DNA from: Mobula hypostoma
Lineage: Eukaryota
Direction of reading: 5' to 3'
NCBI RefSeq assembly: GCF_963921235.1
Contig: NC_086108.1
Coordinates: forward strand, 54,252,001 to 54,316,000
DNA length: 64,000 nucleotides
In this document: piece by piece, positions 27,521 to 39,594 of the stretch
Position numbering within the stretch: the stretch's first letter is position 1
How the letters are laid out: each line of letters begins with the position of its first letter
Notes under the pieces: model-generated
The model's input: only the letters and a program-made list of their open reading frames with translations
Database searches by the model: none
Told to the model about the DNA's origin: nothing
Position numbers and translations under genes: made by a program

Positions 27521-27606
27521 GTATGCTGGGGACTACCTGTGGCCTACCAGTTTTGCCAAATCCTATACTGACTGCAGCCCTGCTTCAAATAAGTCAAGCA
27601 CAACAG
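27521..27606 (+). CDS. RAVER2: RAVER2 internal exon, 86 nt
   Basis: ttcccttaag| acceptor and CAG|gtagct donor; (S)MLGTTCGLPVLPNPILTAALLQISQAQQ; phase 1/0 fits the neighbouring exons. Confidence 0.82.
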
Positions 27607-27689
27607 GTAGCTGTTTTGAAATCATTCTTTCTCAAGCACATTCCAATAAATAAATAAAAAGCTATCTGTGCTTCATATACCACTATAAG

Positions 27690-28200
27690 ATCATCTCTCA
27701 TTCCTGCACTCCGAGGAAAAAGTTCCAATCTGCTAAAGCTCTCTATATAACTCAGTCGATCAAGTCTTAGCAATATCTTTGTACTCTCCTCTCCTCTGCA
27801 CTCTTTCTAGCTTAATGTCATCTTTCCTACAGTAGAATGACAAAACCTAAACACAACATAGTATCCCAAATGTAGTTTGACCAACATTTTTTACATCATC
27901 CCACTCTATACTGAAGGCCAGCATGCCAAAAGACACCTTCACCACCCTGTCTATTTGCAATGCCAATTCCTCGGTGCCTCTTATAAAACACACATAATGG
28001 CACTACAGTTATCATGGATGTCCTACCCTCATTTATGTTCCCAAAATGTAACAACTCACACTTACCTGAATTCATTTTCCATTCCTTGGCCCACTTGCTG
28101 AACTGAACAAGATCCCTCTGTTGTAATCATCTTCACTGTTGATAACACCACTTGTTTTAGTGTTATCTGCAAACTTACTGATTTTTACCTTGTATATTTT
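27690..28200 (-). mobile_element. CR1 fragment, degraded
   Basis: KISKFADNTKTSGV on the minus strand. Confidence 0.7.
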
Positions 28201-28621
28201 CATCCAAATCAGAATCACATTTCTTATTATTACTGGCATGTGACATGAAATGTGATCACCTAGCAGCAGCAGTACAATGCAATACATAATATAGAAGAAA
28301 AAAACAAAATATAATAATAGAATAAATCATTAACAGTATACATAAATTGAATAGATTAAAAATTGTACAAAAAAACAGAAATACTATATACTAAAAAAAA
28401 ATGAGGCAGTGTCCCAGTGGCCACACATTTTAATTCCACGTCCCATTCCCATTCTGATATGTCAATCCATGGCCTCCTCTACGGTCAAGATGAAGCCACA
28501 CTTAGGTTGGAGGAACAACACCTTATATTCCGTCTGGGTAGCCTCCAACCTGATGGCATGAACATTGATTTCTCTAATTTCTGTTAATGCCCCTCCTCCC
28601 CTTCTTACCCCATCTCTTATT

Positions 28622-30308
28622 TAAAAACGCAAACATGAGGAAATCTTCAGATGCTGGAAATTCAAGCAGCACACATCAAAGTTGCTGGTGAACATAGCAG
28701 GCCAGGCAGCACCTCTAGGAAGAGATACAGTCGATGTTTCGGGCCGAGACCCTTCGTCAGGAGTAACTGAAAGAAGAGCTAGTAAGAGATTTGAGAGGGG
28801 GAGGGGGAGATCCGAAATGGTAGGAGAAGACAGGAGGGGGAGGGATGGAGCCAAGAGCTAGACAGTTGATTGGCAAAAGGGATATGAGAAGATCATGGGA
28901 CTGGAGGTCTAGGGAGAAAGAAAAGGGGAGGGGGGGGAAAACCCAGAGGATGGGCAAGGGGTATAGTGAGAGGGACAGAGGGAGAAAAAGGAGAGAGAGA
29001 AAAAGAATATGTGTATATAAATAAATAATGGATGGGGTATGAGGGGAAGGTGGGGCATTAGCGGAAGTTTGAGAAGTCAATGTTCATGCCATCAGGTTGA
29101 AGGCTACCCAGATGGTTTATAAGGTGTTGTTCCTTCAACCTGAGTGCGACTTCATCTTTACAGTAGAGGAGGCCGTGGATAGACATATCAGAATGGGAAT
29201 GGGACGACATATCAGAATGGGAATGGGATGGACATATCAGAATGGGAATGGGGCTCTCACTCCATCCTCCCGCCACCCCTCTAGGAATAGGGTTCCCCTT
29301 GTCCTCACCTACCACCCCACCAGCCTCCGGGTCGAATTCTCCATAACTTCCGCCACCTCCAACGGGTTCCCACCACTAAGCACATCTTTCCCTCCCCCCC
29401 CCCCACTTTCCGCAGGGATCACTCCCTACGCGACTCCCTTGTTCATTCGTGCCCCCCCCCCGTCCCCCCATCCCTCCCCAGTGATCTCTCTCCTGGCACT
29501 TATCCTTGTAAGCGGAACAAGTGCTACAAATGCCCTTACACTTCCTCCCTTACCACCCATTCAGGGCCCCAGACAGTCCTTCCAGGTGAGGCGTCACTTC
29601 ACCTGTGAGTCGGCTGGGGTGATATACTGTGTCTGGTGCTCCTGATGTGGCCTTCTATCTATTGGCGAGAACCGACGCAGGCTGGGAGATCGTTTCGCTG
29701 AACACCTATGCTCTGTCTGCCAGAGAAAGCAGGATCTCCTAGTGGCCACACACTTTAATTCCACATCCCATTCCCATTCTGATATGTCTATCCACGGCCT
29801 CCTCTACTGTAAAGATGAAGCCACACTCAGGTTGGAGGAACAACACCTTATATTCCGCCTGGGTAGCCTCCAACCTGATGGCATGAACATTGACTTCTCA
29901 AACTTCTGCTAACGCCCCACCTCCCCCTCGTACCCCATCCATTATTTATTTATATACACACATTCTTTTTCTCTCTCTCCTTTTTCTCCCTCTGTCCCTC
30001 TCACTATACCCCTTGCCCATTCTGAGGTTTCCCCCCCCTCCCCCTTTCTTTCTCCCTAGGCCTCCAGTCCCATGATCCTCTCATATCCCTTTTGCCAATC
30101 AACTGTCCAGCTCTTAGTTCCATCCCTCCCTCTCCTGTCTTCTCCTATCACTTTGGATCTCCCCCTCCCCCTCCCACTTTCAAATCTCTTACTAGCTCTT
30201 CTCTCAGTTAGTCCTGACGAAGGGTCTCGGCCTGAAACGTCGACTGTGCCTCTTCCTAGAGCTGCTGCCTGGCCTGGTGTGTTCAGCAACTTTGATGTGT
30301 GTTGCTTC
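28622..30308. mobile_element. Younger Penelope-like (Neptune-type) insertion with inverted halves
   Basis: Minus half 28622-29252 and plus half 29253-30308 with CKRNKCYKC linker and VIYC...YIGE GIY-YIG; imperfect TSD at(c/t)cttatt-like. Confidence 0.85.
30209..30246 (+). ncRNA. Minimal type I hammerhead ribozyme motif, core intact, sense to RAVER2 pre-mRNA
   Basis: TAGTC-CTGACGA-AGGGTCTCGGCCT-GAAA-CGTC-GACTG; stem I TAGTC/GACTG; palindromic ACGT stem III. Confidence 0.75.
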
Positions 30309-31283
30309 TATCCCTTATTTACTTATTTATTTATTATTTTCTCCTTTTTTTCTCCCCCTCTTTTTTTTCCTCTCTCTGTCCCTCTCACAATAAATCCTTG
30401 CCCGCTCTCCATCTTCCTCTGATGCTCCTCTCCCCCTTTCTTTCTCCCTAGGCCTCCCGTCCCATGATCCTCTCCCTTCTCCAGCCTTGTATCCCATTTG
30501 CCAATCAACTTTCCAGCTTGAAGCTTCATCCCTCCCTCCTGTCTTCTCCTATCACTTTGGATCTCCCCCCCCCCCCACTTTCAAAGGTCTTACTATCTCT
30601 TCTTTCAGTTAGTCCTGACGAAGGGTCTCGTCCCAAAACGTCGACTATACTTCTTCCAAAAGATGCTGCCTGGTCTGCTGTGTTCCACAAGCATTTTGTG
30701 TGTGTTCCAAGGGTTTAATGTCCATTTAGGAATCGGATGGCAGAGGGGAAGAAGCTGCTCCTGAACCTCTGAGTGTGTGCCTTCAGGCTTCTGTACCTCC
30801 TACCCGATGGCAACAGCGAAAAAAGGGCATGCCCTGGGTGCTGGAGGTCCTTAATAATGGATGCTGCCTTTCTGAGTCACTGCTCCCTAAAGGTGTCCTG
30901 GGTACTTTGTAGGCTAGCACCCAAGTTGGAGCTGACTAAATTTATAACCCTCTGCAGCTTCTTTCGGTCCTGTGCAGTAGCGCCCCCCCCCCCATACCAG
31001 ACAGTGATGCAGCCTGTAAGAATGCTCTCCACAGTACATCTATAGAAGTTTTTGAGTGTATTTGTTGACATGCTAATTCTCTTCAAACTCTTCATGAAGT
31101 ATAACTGCTGTTTTATATCATTGATATAAATGACAAATAGTAATGGACTTATCACCAACGTTTAGAGAACACCACTAGTCATGGGTCCCTAGTCTGAAAA
31201 AACAACCTCATTATCCTCTGCTTCTTACTATCAAGCCACTTGTGTTATCAGTTAGCTGGCTTTTCCTGGATTCCACAGCAGCC

Positions 31284-31740
31284 TATAGTCATAGTCATAG
31301 TCATACTTTATCGATCCCGGGGGAAATTGGTTTTCGCTACAGTTGCACCATAAATAATAAATAGTAATATTACTATTAGTAAATAGTAATAGTCATAGAA
31401 GTAATAAATAGTAATAGAATAGTAATAGAAAATAGTAATAAATAGTTAAATAGTAAATTGTAAATTATGCCAGTGAATTATGAAGTAAGTCCAGGACCAG
31501 CCTATCGGCTCAGGGTGTCTGACCTTCCAAGGGAGGAGTTGTAAAGTTTGATGGCCACAGGCAGGAATGACTTCCTATGACGCTCTGTGCTGCATCTCGG
31601 AGGAATGAGTCTCTGGCTGAATGTACTCCTGTGCCCACCCAGTACATTATGTTGTGGATGGGAGACATTGACCAAGATGGCATGCAACTTAGACAGCATT
31701 CTCTTTTCAGACACCACCGTGAGAGAGTCCAGTTCCATCC
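31284..31740 (-). mobile_element. 5'-truncated Rex-Babar-like LINE
   Basis: STFSQRLIPPRCSTERHRKSFLPVAIKLYN C-terminus; (gactat)n tail; possible TSD ccacagca (31273, 31741). Confidence 0.8.
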
Positions 31741-31793
31741 CCACAGCATCACTATGCCATGTAGAACCCTATCAATGACCTTGATGAAGTCTA

Positions 31794-33414
31794 TAGTGCC
31801 TTGAAAAAGTATTTAGCCCCTACAGATACTTTGGCAGTTTACTGTCTGTTTTTCTAAATGTAAAATATATTGAAGTAGGATTTTTGATCATGGTGCATGA
31901 TATTTCAATCAAAGTAACAATTTCAAAACCTGTGAATAATCTACTAAACAATAAAAACCACAATTGTGAGGCTGAATGTGTCTTCAACCCCTTTGAAATT
32001 ACTATGCTAACTTTCCTCAGGTGCAATGTACTCTATTACCTTAGCGACTCACCCAATTTGTTGATGTACTGTAAAAAATTGGAGGATCATCTGCTTTCAA
32101 TGAATTTGCAAGGATATATAACCCCTCCCTCTGTAATGTCTACCAATATGGTAGATTTTTCACAGACCAAATCAACCTGAAGTCAAAAGAGCATTCAGGA
32201 CAAGTCAGGAAAATGATTACAGAGAAGTACAAATCTGGGGAATGGTACAAGACGGTCTTGAAGGCACTGGATATATCTCGGAGTTTAGTATCGTCCATTT
32301 TGAAAAATTGGCAACAATATGAAACTACAGCCACACTGTGTAGGTCAGACCGTCCCTCTAATCTTAGTTGCCTGCAAAGAATGGTACTACTGGTAAGAGA
32401 GGCCACTGTGATGCCAACAGTCACCCTGAGTGAGTTGTAGAAGTCAGTGGCTGCAACTGGAGATGAAGTTTGTGTCTCCACAACTTCCAAGACCTTGTAC
32501 AAAAAGGGTATTTATGGAAGAGTAACAAGGAAGAAGCCCCGGCTTTAAAAATGACATACACTTGCCTGTAAAGACTTTGCAAAGTGTCACTTAAAAGATA
32601 TTGTAAAGATGTGGAAGAATGTCTTGTGGTCAGATGAGACTAAAGTGAAACTTTTTGGCCTCAACATTAAATGGTACGTGTGGTGTAAATCTAATAATGA
32701 TCATCAGCCAGGTAACACCATCCCTACTGTAAAGTGTGGTGGAGGTAGCATCATGCTGTGGGGATGCTTTTCAGCAGGAGGGACTGCCAATCGGGTCAGG
32801 ATTGATGGGAAGGTGAATGTTGTGAAATACAGAGAGATTCTGGATTAAAACCTGCTCACCTCTGCCAGAAGCTTAAACTGGGGGAGGAAGTTTGTCTTTC
32901 AGCAGGACAATGACCCAAAGTAAACTGCCAGAGCACCCATGGAGTGGCTTCAAATGAAGAAAATTGATGTCCTTAAGTGGCCCAGTCAGAGTCTTGACCT
33001 TAACCTGATTGAACATTTCTGGCGAGACCTCGAGATTTCTGTCCACCGCCATTCCCCAACTAACCTGGCACAGCTTGAGCAATTTTGTAAGGAGGAATGG
33101 GCAAATCTTGTTCCATCACATTGAATGACTTATAGAGACTTATTCAAAAAGGCTGCTGGCTATAATCACTGTGAGAGGTGATTTAAGTATTGAGCAAAGG
33201 GGAAATGAATATTTTTGACCTGCTGACATTTCAGGTTTTGAATTTTTAGTTTATCATGTTTTACAATTTTCCATTTTTTAGGGGCTGTACTGTGTAAAAA
33301 AGGAGCATGAGAGTCGCAAATAAAATTTTTCAGTTAAATTGATTAAAATCCCTTATTGTAATACTCATTTATGTGAACAAAGGGTTGGGAAATGAATACC
33401 TTTACAAGGCACTG
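31794..33414 (+). mobile_element. Tc1-family DNA transposon with transposase pseudogene (~32175-33190)
   Basis: TIRs (c/t)agtgccttg.../...caaggcactg; WSDETK, QQDNDPK and DLNLIE catalytic motifs; several stops. Confidence 0.92.
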
Positions 33415-34244
33415 TGTATATACTACCTTTACTACCCTACTCCCATCAACTTTCTTGGTTACTTCTTCAAACAAAAACTCAAAATTGTGGGACTAATCTC
33501 CCATCCACAAAGCTGTGCTGTCTATCCCAAATCAACCACCATCTTCACAAATACATGTATATCTTGTTCCACAGAAACCCCTTTAGTAACCTATATACCA
33601 CAGATGTCAGCTTATTTGGTGTATCAGTCCCAGATTCTTTTCAACCTTTTTCATATAAATGCACATTAGTCACCTTCCAGCCTTCTGGCACTTCACCCAT
33701 CATTAATAGTAATGCATGTATCTCAGCCAGGGCTCCCATGGTTTCTTCTCTAGTTTCTTGGATATACCCAATCAGCCTCTGAAGCTCTCATATATGTTAG
33801 GACATTCAGTACCACCTCCACTGCAAACAAACTATACCAAGACATCCCATTAGCCATCTTAAGTTCTAAAGTCATGATCTCCTGCTTCACAGTAAAAGCA
33901 GAGAAGTATTCATTGAGGACCTCACTTACCTGCCATAGCTCCATACAGCTTTCCATTTTGTTGTCTGAGGGGCCCTGTTCTCCCTATACTTACACTGCCC
34001 TCTCATTTCTCTATTAGTTGGTTTTGCTTTACTGAAGGACATGTGAAACTTGTATTAAACATTTATGAAAATCAAAGAATTGTTTCATTTATCAAAGGAA
34101 TCCAATAGCCTATACTCTTCCCAATTCTAAAGGTACTTGATTATGCAATGTTGTCTCTTCAAAACTAAAATTTCTTCCCTGAATGGAATGTTACAATGTT
34201 GGCTCTTGCTTTAGACTGTTCCATAGGCTTCACTGACAGAAAGC

Positions 34245-34560
34245 GGGCACCACAGTAGCATAGCGGTTAGTACAAAGCTATTACAGCTCAGAGCGTTCTG
34301 GAGTTCGGAGTTCAATTCCGGTGCCATTCTGTGAAGTGTCTCTGTACATCCTTCCAGTGGTATGCGTGAGTTCTCTCCGAGTCCTCCAGTTTCCTCCCGC
34401 AGTCCAGAGACCCACTGGGTAGGTTAATTGGTCATTATAAATTGTCCCATGTTTAGGTTTGGACTAACCAGTTTGTTGGGGTCGCTGGGCAGTGTGGTTC
34501 AAAGTGCTGGAAAAGCCTACTCCAAACTGTATCACTAAATGAAAAACTAAATAAATAAAA
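34245..34560 (+). mobile_element. tRNA-derived SINE (V-SINE/HE1-like)
   Basis: A box tagcatagcgg, B box gagttcaattcc, central tccagtttcctccc..agtcca..gac core, A-rich tail. Confidence 0.8.
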
Positions 34561-34795
34561 AGAGCAGTGTTGTTTTGAGAGATCTATTGATTGAACAATT
34601 TTGGCTTTCAACTAGTGCTGTTCAAACCTACAAATCTGGTTATCTGTGAAAGTAATTGTATCTACTCCTCTTGATATGTGGCAAAAAATAAAATATTCTT
34701 TTAATGCTTCGCAACTTGGGAAGATAATTTTTGTGTCAGTAATTGATCAACTTGCTTATACAACCTACATTTTAACAAATTAATTTCCTACCTAG

Positions 34796-34894
34796 AATGC
34801 TGCTTTGGGGAATGGATTGTTTCAGAATCTACTTCAATTGCACCTGGCACAGCAACGACTACTTGTGAACAAAGAAAATACAGCAATCAACAAT
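34796..34894 (+). CDS. RAVER2: RAVER2 internal exon, 99 nt
   Basis: cctacctag| acceptor and AAT|gtgagt donor; NAALGNGLFQNLLQLHLAQQRLLVNKENTAINN resembles the RAVER2 segment that precedes KPGLLGEPP; phase 0/0. Confidence 0.8.
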
Positions 34895-35555
34895 GTGAGT
34901 TTGTAACTGCCTCATTTTTATCTAGATTTGTGTTGTCCTGTTTTTCTTTTAAATGATGATCTGACGTGTAAACAGTTGCATGCTGGCATCCCTCAGCAGA
35001 TCAGGCATTGTCAGTGGAAAGAGTCAAATTTAATTTGCAGAGATATTCTGGAAGGAATGACCAGAGGTAGGTTTAGAGCTGCATTATTAATAGACTTACT
35101 GTAATTAAGGCAGTTAATGAGACTGAAAACAAAAGAACATTTAAAACTGTGCAAGCTAAACTGTTACTGAAACCACAAGGAAGTGCTGGAAATACTCAAT
35201 GGATCAGACCTTGCCTGTGGAGGGAGGGAAAATGAGCTAACCAATATTGACTGTTTCAATATCTCCACTTCCCTTAGTTACTTTAACCTACCTGCTTTCC
35301 AACAAACACTCCAGTCAGTGAAGAATAAATCTGCTATTTTTATCAAACCCATGGAAAGACTAGATCGCAGTCTCCGAGACTGTCATTGACCTGATCTCCT
35401 GATGAGATCTTTTATCCACAGTTTCTATCTTATGATTGTGGTTGTATATGTTGTCCATTGCTTCCTGAAAATGACTGCACAATTTGAGAGGGTAGTAAAA
35501 AAAGACATGTAGTAGATCTACCTCTTATTATTAAAGGTATTCAGTTCAGGAATTA

Positions 35556-36387
35556 ACGCAAACAACAGGAATTCTTCAGCTGCTGGAAGTTCAAACAACA
35601 CACATCAAAGTTCCTGGTGAATGCAGCAGGCCAGGCAGCATCTCTAGGAAGAGGTACAGTCGACGTTTCAGGCCGAGACCCTTTGTCAGGACTAACTGAA
35701 GGAAGAGCTAGTAGAGATTTGAAAGTGGGAGGGGGAGGGGGAGATCCAAAATGATAGGAGAAGACAGGAGGGGGAGGGATGGAGCCAAGAGCTGGACAAG
35801 TGATTGGCAAAGGGGATATGAGAGGATCATGGGACAGGAGGTCCGGGGAGAAAGACAAGGAGGGGGAGGGGACCCAGAGGATGGGCAAGAGGTATAGTCA
35901 GAGGGACAGAGGGAGAAAAAGGAGAGTGAGAGAAAGAATGTGTGTATAAAAATAAATAACGGATGGGGTACGAGGGGGAGGTGGGGCATTAGCGGAAGTT
36001 AGAGAAGTCGATGTTCATGCCATCAGGTTGGAGGCTACCCAGACGGAATATAAGGTGTTGTTCCTCCAACCTGAGTGTGGCTTCATCTTTACAGTAGAGG
36101 AGGCCGTGGATAGACATGTCAGAATGGGAATGGGATGTGGAATTAAAATGTGTGGCCACTGGGAGATCCTGCTTTCTCTGGCGGACAGAGCATAGGCGTT
36201 CAGCAAAGCGGTCTCCCAGTCTGCGTCGGGTCTCGCCAATATATAGAAGGCCACATCGGGAGCACCGGACGCAGTATATCACCCCAGCCGACTCTAACGA
36301 AGGGTCTTGGCCTGAAACATCGACTGTACCTCTTCCTAGAGGTGCTGCCTGGCTTGCTGCGTTTACCAGCAACTTTGATGTGTGTTG
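35556..36387. mobile_element. Penelope-like insertion: minus-strand GIY-YIG plus terminus, followed by an inverted short terminus
   Basis: 14-bp TSD cagttcaggaatta (35542-35555, 36388-36401); VIYCVRCSRCGLLYIGETRRRLGDRF. Confidence 0.9.
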
Positions 36388-36489
36388 CAGTTCAGGAATT
36401 AGAAAGGTTGTGTTGGCAGCTTTATAAAACTCTGGTTAGGCAGCATTTGGAACATTGTATTCAATTCTGGTTGCATCATTAGTGTAGTA

Positions 36490-37180
36490 GAGTTATAGAA
36501 TGCCACATCACAGAAACAGGCCCTTTGGTCCATCTAGTCCATGCCGAACTGTTAATCTGCCTAGTATTATTGACCTGTACCTGGACCATAACCCTCTGTA
36601 CACCCCTCATCCATGTGCCTGTCCACATTTCTCTAAAATGTTGAAATTGAACCCACATCCTGCATGTTCTGCATTTTCACTACCCTTTGAGTGAGGAAAT
36701 TCCTCCTATTTTCCCCTTAAACATTTCACCTTTCACTTTCACCCTTAATCCATGATCTAGATTCTACCAAATTCAGTGGAAAAAGCCTGCTTGCATTTAC
36801 TGTTATCTATATCCCTCATAATTTTGTATATCTCTTTCAATTCTCCCCTCATTCTCCTGCACTCTAGGGAATACAGTCCTAACCTATTCAACCCTTCCCT
36901 ATAAACTCAAATCCTGGCACTATCCATGTAAATTTTCTCTGCGCTCTTTCAACCTTATTTACATCTTTCTAGTAGGTTGGCGACCAAAGCTGCACGCGAT
37001 ACTCCAAATGAGGTTTACCAACAACTTGTACAACTTCAACATAACATCTCAGTACTTTGATTTATGAATGCCAGTGTGTCAAAAGCTTTCTTTATGACCC
37101 TATCTATCTGTGATGCCACTTTGAAGAATTATGGATCTGTATTCCCTGATCCCTCTGCTCCACCATATTACTCAATGCCT
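36490..37180 (-). mobile_element. CR1 3' fragment
   Basis: Reverse complement of a CR1 tail and ORF2 C-terminus. Confidence 0.7.
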
Positions 37181-37184
37181 TACC

Positions 37185-37666
37185 GCTCACTGGGAATTTT
37201 CTTGTATCCATCTTCTGACTTGTGCTTTTCAATAACCTTTTTACGGAGCTGCTTGAAGTGTTCTTTTGTCTTCAGGGTGTAGCTTTTGCTAGGATATTTA
37301 CTCAGCAGAAGTTAGACCTTCCAGATACAGGTGTATTTTTACTATAGTCTTTTGAAACACCTTGACTGCTCGCAGGTTTCCAAAAACAGATCTCCTTTTT
37401 ACCAATTATGTGACTTCTGAAACCAATTGACTGCATATTAAAGGGGGTGAATAGTTATGCATTCAATTATTTTGTGTTGTATATTTGTAATTAATTTAGA
37501 TCACTTTGTAAGATCTGTTTTCACTTTGACAGGAAAGATGCTTTTTCTGTTGATCATTGTCAAAAAAGCCAAATTAAATCCACTGTGACTCAATGTTGTA
37601 AAACAGTAAAACAAGATAGCTTCTGGGGTGGTGGTGGGGGCGGGGGGATACTTTTTATTGGCACTG
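37185..37666. mobile_element. Tc1-like terminal fragment
   Basis: Ends ...tactttttattggcactg followed by TA. Confidence 0.6.
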
Positions 37667-37669
37667 TAT

Positions 37670-39320
37670 GTAGTGCAAAAAATAGGAAATTAAAAAAAAG
37701 TAGTGAGGTAGTGTTCAAGGGTTTAATATCCAGTCAGAAATTGGATGGCAAAGGGGAAGAAGCTGTCCTAAATAATTGAATGTGTGCCTTCAGGCTTCTG
37801 CAACTCCTTCCTGATGGTAGCAGTGAGAAGAGGGCATGTCTTGAGTGGTGGAGGTCCCTAATGATGGACGCTGCCGTTCAGGGGACTGCTCTTTGAAGAT
37901 GATCTGGCTACTACGGTGGCTAGTGCCCATGATGGAGCTGGCTAATTTTACAGCTCTCTGCAGCTTATTTCAATTCTGTGCAGTTCTTCTCCCCCCCCCC
38001 CCCGCCCCATATCAGATGGTGATGCAGCCAGTTGGAATATTCTCCATGTTACATCCATAGAAATATGCGAGTGTTTTGGTGACATACCAACTCTCTTCAA
38101 ATTCCTAATTAAAGATAACTGCTATCTTGCCTTCTTTATAACTGCATCAATATGTTAGGTCCAGGTAAGGTTTTGACTGATATTGACACTCAGGAACTTG
38201 AAATTGCTCACTTTCTCTACTTCTGATCCTTCCATGACGACTGGTTTGTGTTGCCTCATTTTACCCTTCCTGAAGTCCACAACCAGTTCTTTGGTCTTAC
38301 TGATGTTGAATGTAAGGTTGTTACTCAACTAGCTGGTATATCTCACTTCTGTACGCCCTCTCATTTCCATCTGAGATTCTGCCAATAGTGGTTGTATCAT
38401 TAGCAAATTTATAGATGGCATATGAGCTGTGCCTTGCCACACACTGATGGGTATGGACAGTGTAGAGCAGTGGGCTAAGCATATATCCCTGAAGTGTGTC
38501 AGTGTTGATTGTCAGTGAGGTGGAAATGTTGTTTCCAATCCGCACCGATTATGGTCTTCCAGTTAGGAAATTGAGGATCCAGTTGCAGGAGGAGGTACAG
38601 AGGCACAGGTTCTGGAGCTATTCAATCAGGATTGTATGAATGATAGTTTGTATGAATGCTAAGCAGTAGTTAATAGCAGCATTCTGACAGGGGTATCTGT
38701 GTTGTCCAGGTGATCCAAGGCTGTGTGGAGAGCCAAAGAGTTTGCGGTCACCGTAGACCTATTGCATAGGCAAATTTCTGTGGGTCTAGGTCCTTGCTGA
38801 GGCAGGAGTTGATTCTAGCCATAACCAACCTGTCAAAGCACTTCATCATGGTAGATGTGATTGCTACTGGACGATAGTTGCTAAGGCAGCTCACCTTGCT
38901 CTTCTTGGGCACTGGTATAATTGTTGCCCTTTTGAAGCAGTTGGGAACTTCTGACTGCAGCAAAGAGTGATTGAAAATGTTTTTGAACACCCCCGTCAGT
39001 TGGTTGGCACAGGTTTTCAGGTTTACCTACCAGGTATTTCATCAGGGCTTGTTGCCTTGCGAGAATTCATCCTCTTGAAAGACATTCTGATGTTGGTCTC
39101 AGAGACAGAGACCATAGGGTCACTAGGTGCTGCAAGGATCCTCATAGCTGTAGTTTTATTCTCCCTTTGAAAGTAAGCATAAAAGTGTTTAGTCCGTCTG
39201 GGAGTGAAGCATCACTGCCGTTCATGATGTTGGGTTTTGCTTTGTAGCAAGTAATGGTCTGCCAAACCTGCCAGAGTTGATGGGCATCTGATGTCTCATT
39301 CAACCTCACTCTGAATTGTT
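37670..39320 (-). mobile_element. Rex-Babar-like LINE, degraded RT
   Basis: NYRPVAITS, QGYMLSPLLY and YKFANDTT motifs. Confidence 0.85.
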
Positions 39321-39594
39321 TCAGGGCTTTTAGGATTTTATAGGAGGTGGTCCATGTTTCAGCTCCATACTATAATGTAGGAAGGACCTCGAGGTTGCGG
39401 TCTTCAAAGACTCTTTTCCTTAACTTTGCATAGGCACTCCTAGCACTACTCAGGCAGTGGTTAATTTCTGAGTCAATGTTTGCTTTTGAGGTGAGAATGT
39501 TGCCAATGTAAAGAAAGTGGTCTACGTTTTCAAGGGCATTATCATCAACTATTATGGAAGGCCACATAAATGGCTGGTTGGGCGATGACTGATC

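Larger units (their letters stand above)
28415..30706 (+). mobile_element. Older Penelope-like copy (28415-28620 and 30309-30706)
   Basis: GIY-YIG C-terminal sequence and a terminus with a mutated hammerhead at 30614-30641 (GAAA->AAAA). Confidence 0.7.
28205..31110 (-). mobile_element. Rex-Babar-like LINE 3' part (28205-28414 and 30707-31110) split by Penelope insertions
   Basis: FYRCTVESILTGCITVWYG motif; the 3' UTR resumes across the insertion. Confidence 0.75.

Noticed and set aside
29182..29252. CRISPR-like repeats
   Set aside because: No spacers, eukaryotic context; this is a tandem duplication.
34245..34325. tRNA gene
   Set aside because: The A/B boxes continue into a SINE core and tail, and no clean cloverleaf forms.
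16139..34894. Assignment as RAVER1
   Set aside because: Some residues are RAVER1-like ([14 protein letters not shown]), but HSKCLCI..., KPVFCQ and the QNL...LAQQ...NN exon fit RAVER2 better as recalled. A phylogeny would settle it.
35989..36372. 127-aa GIY-YIG ORF as a functional nuclease gene
   Set aside because: The N-terminus comes from the inverted terminus across the junction, so it is a chimeric transposon fragment.
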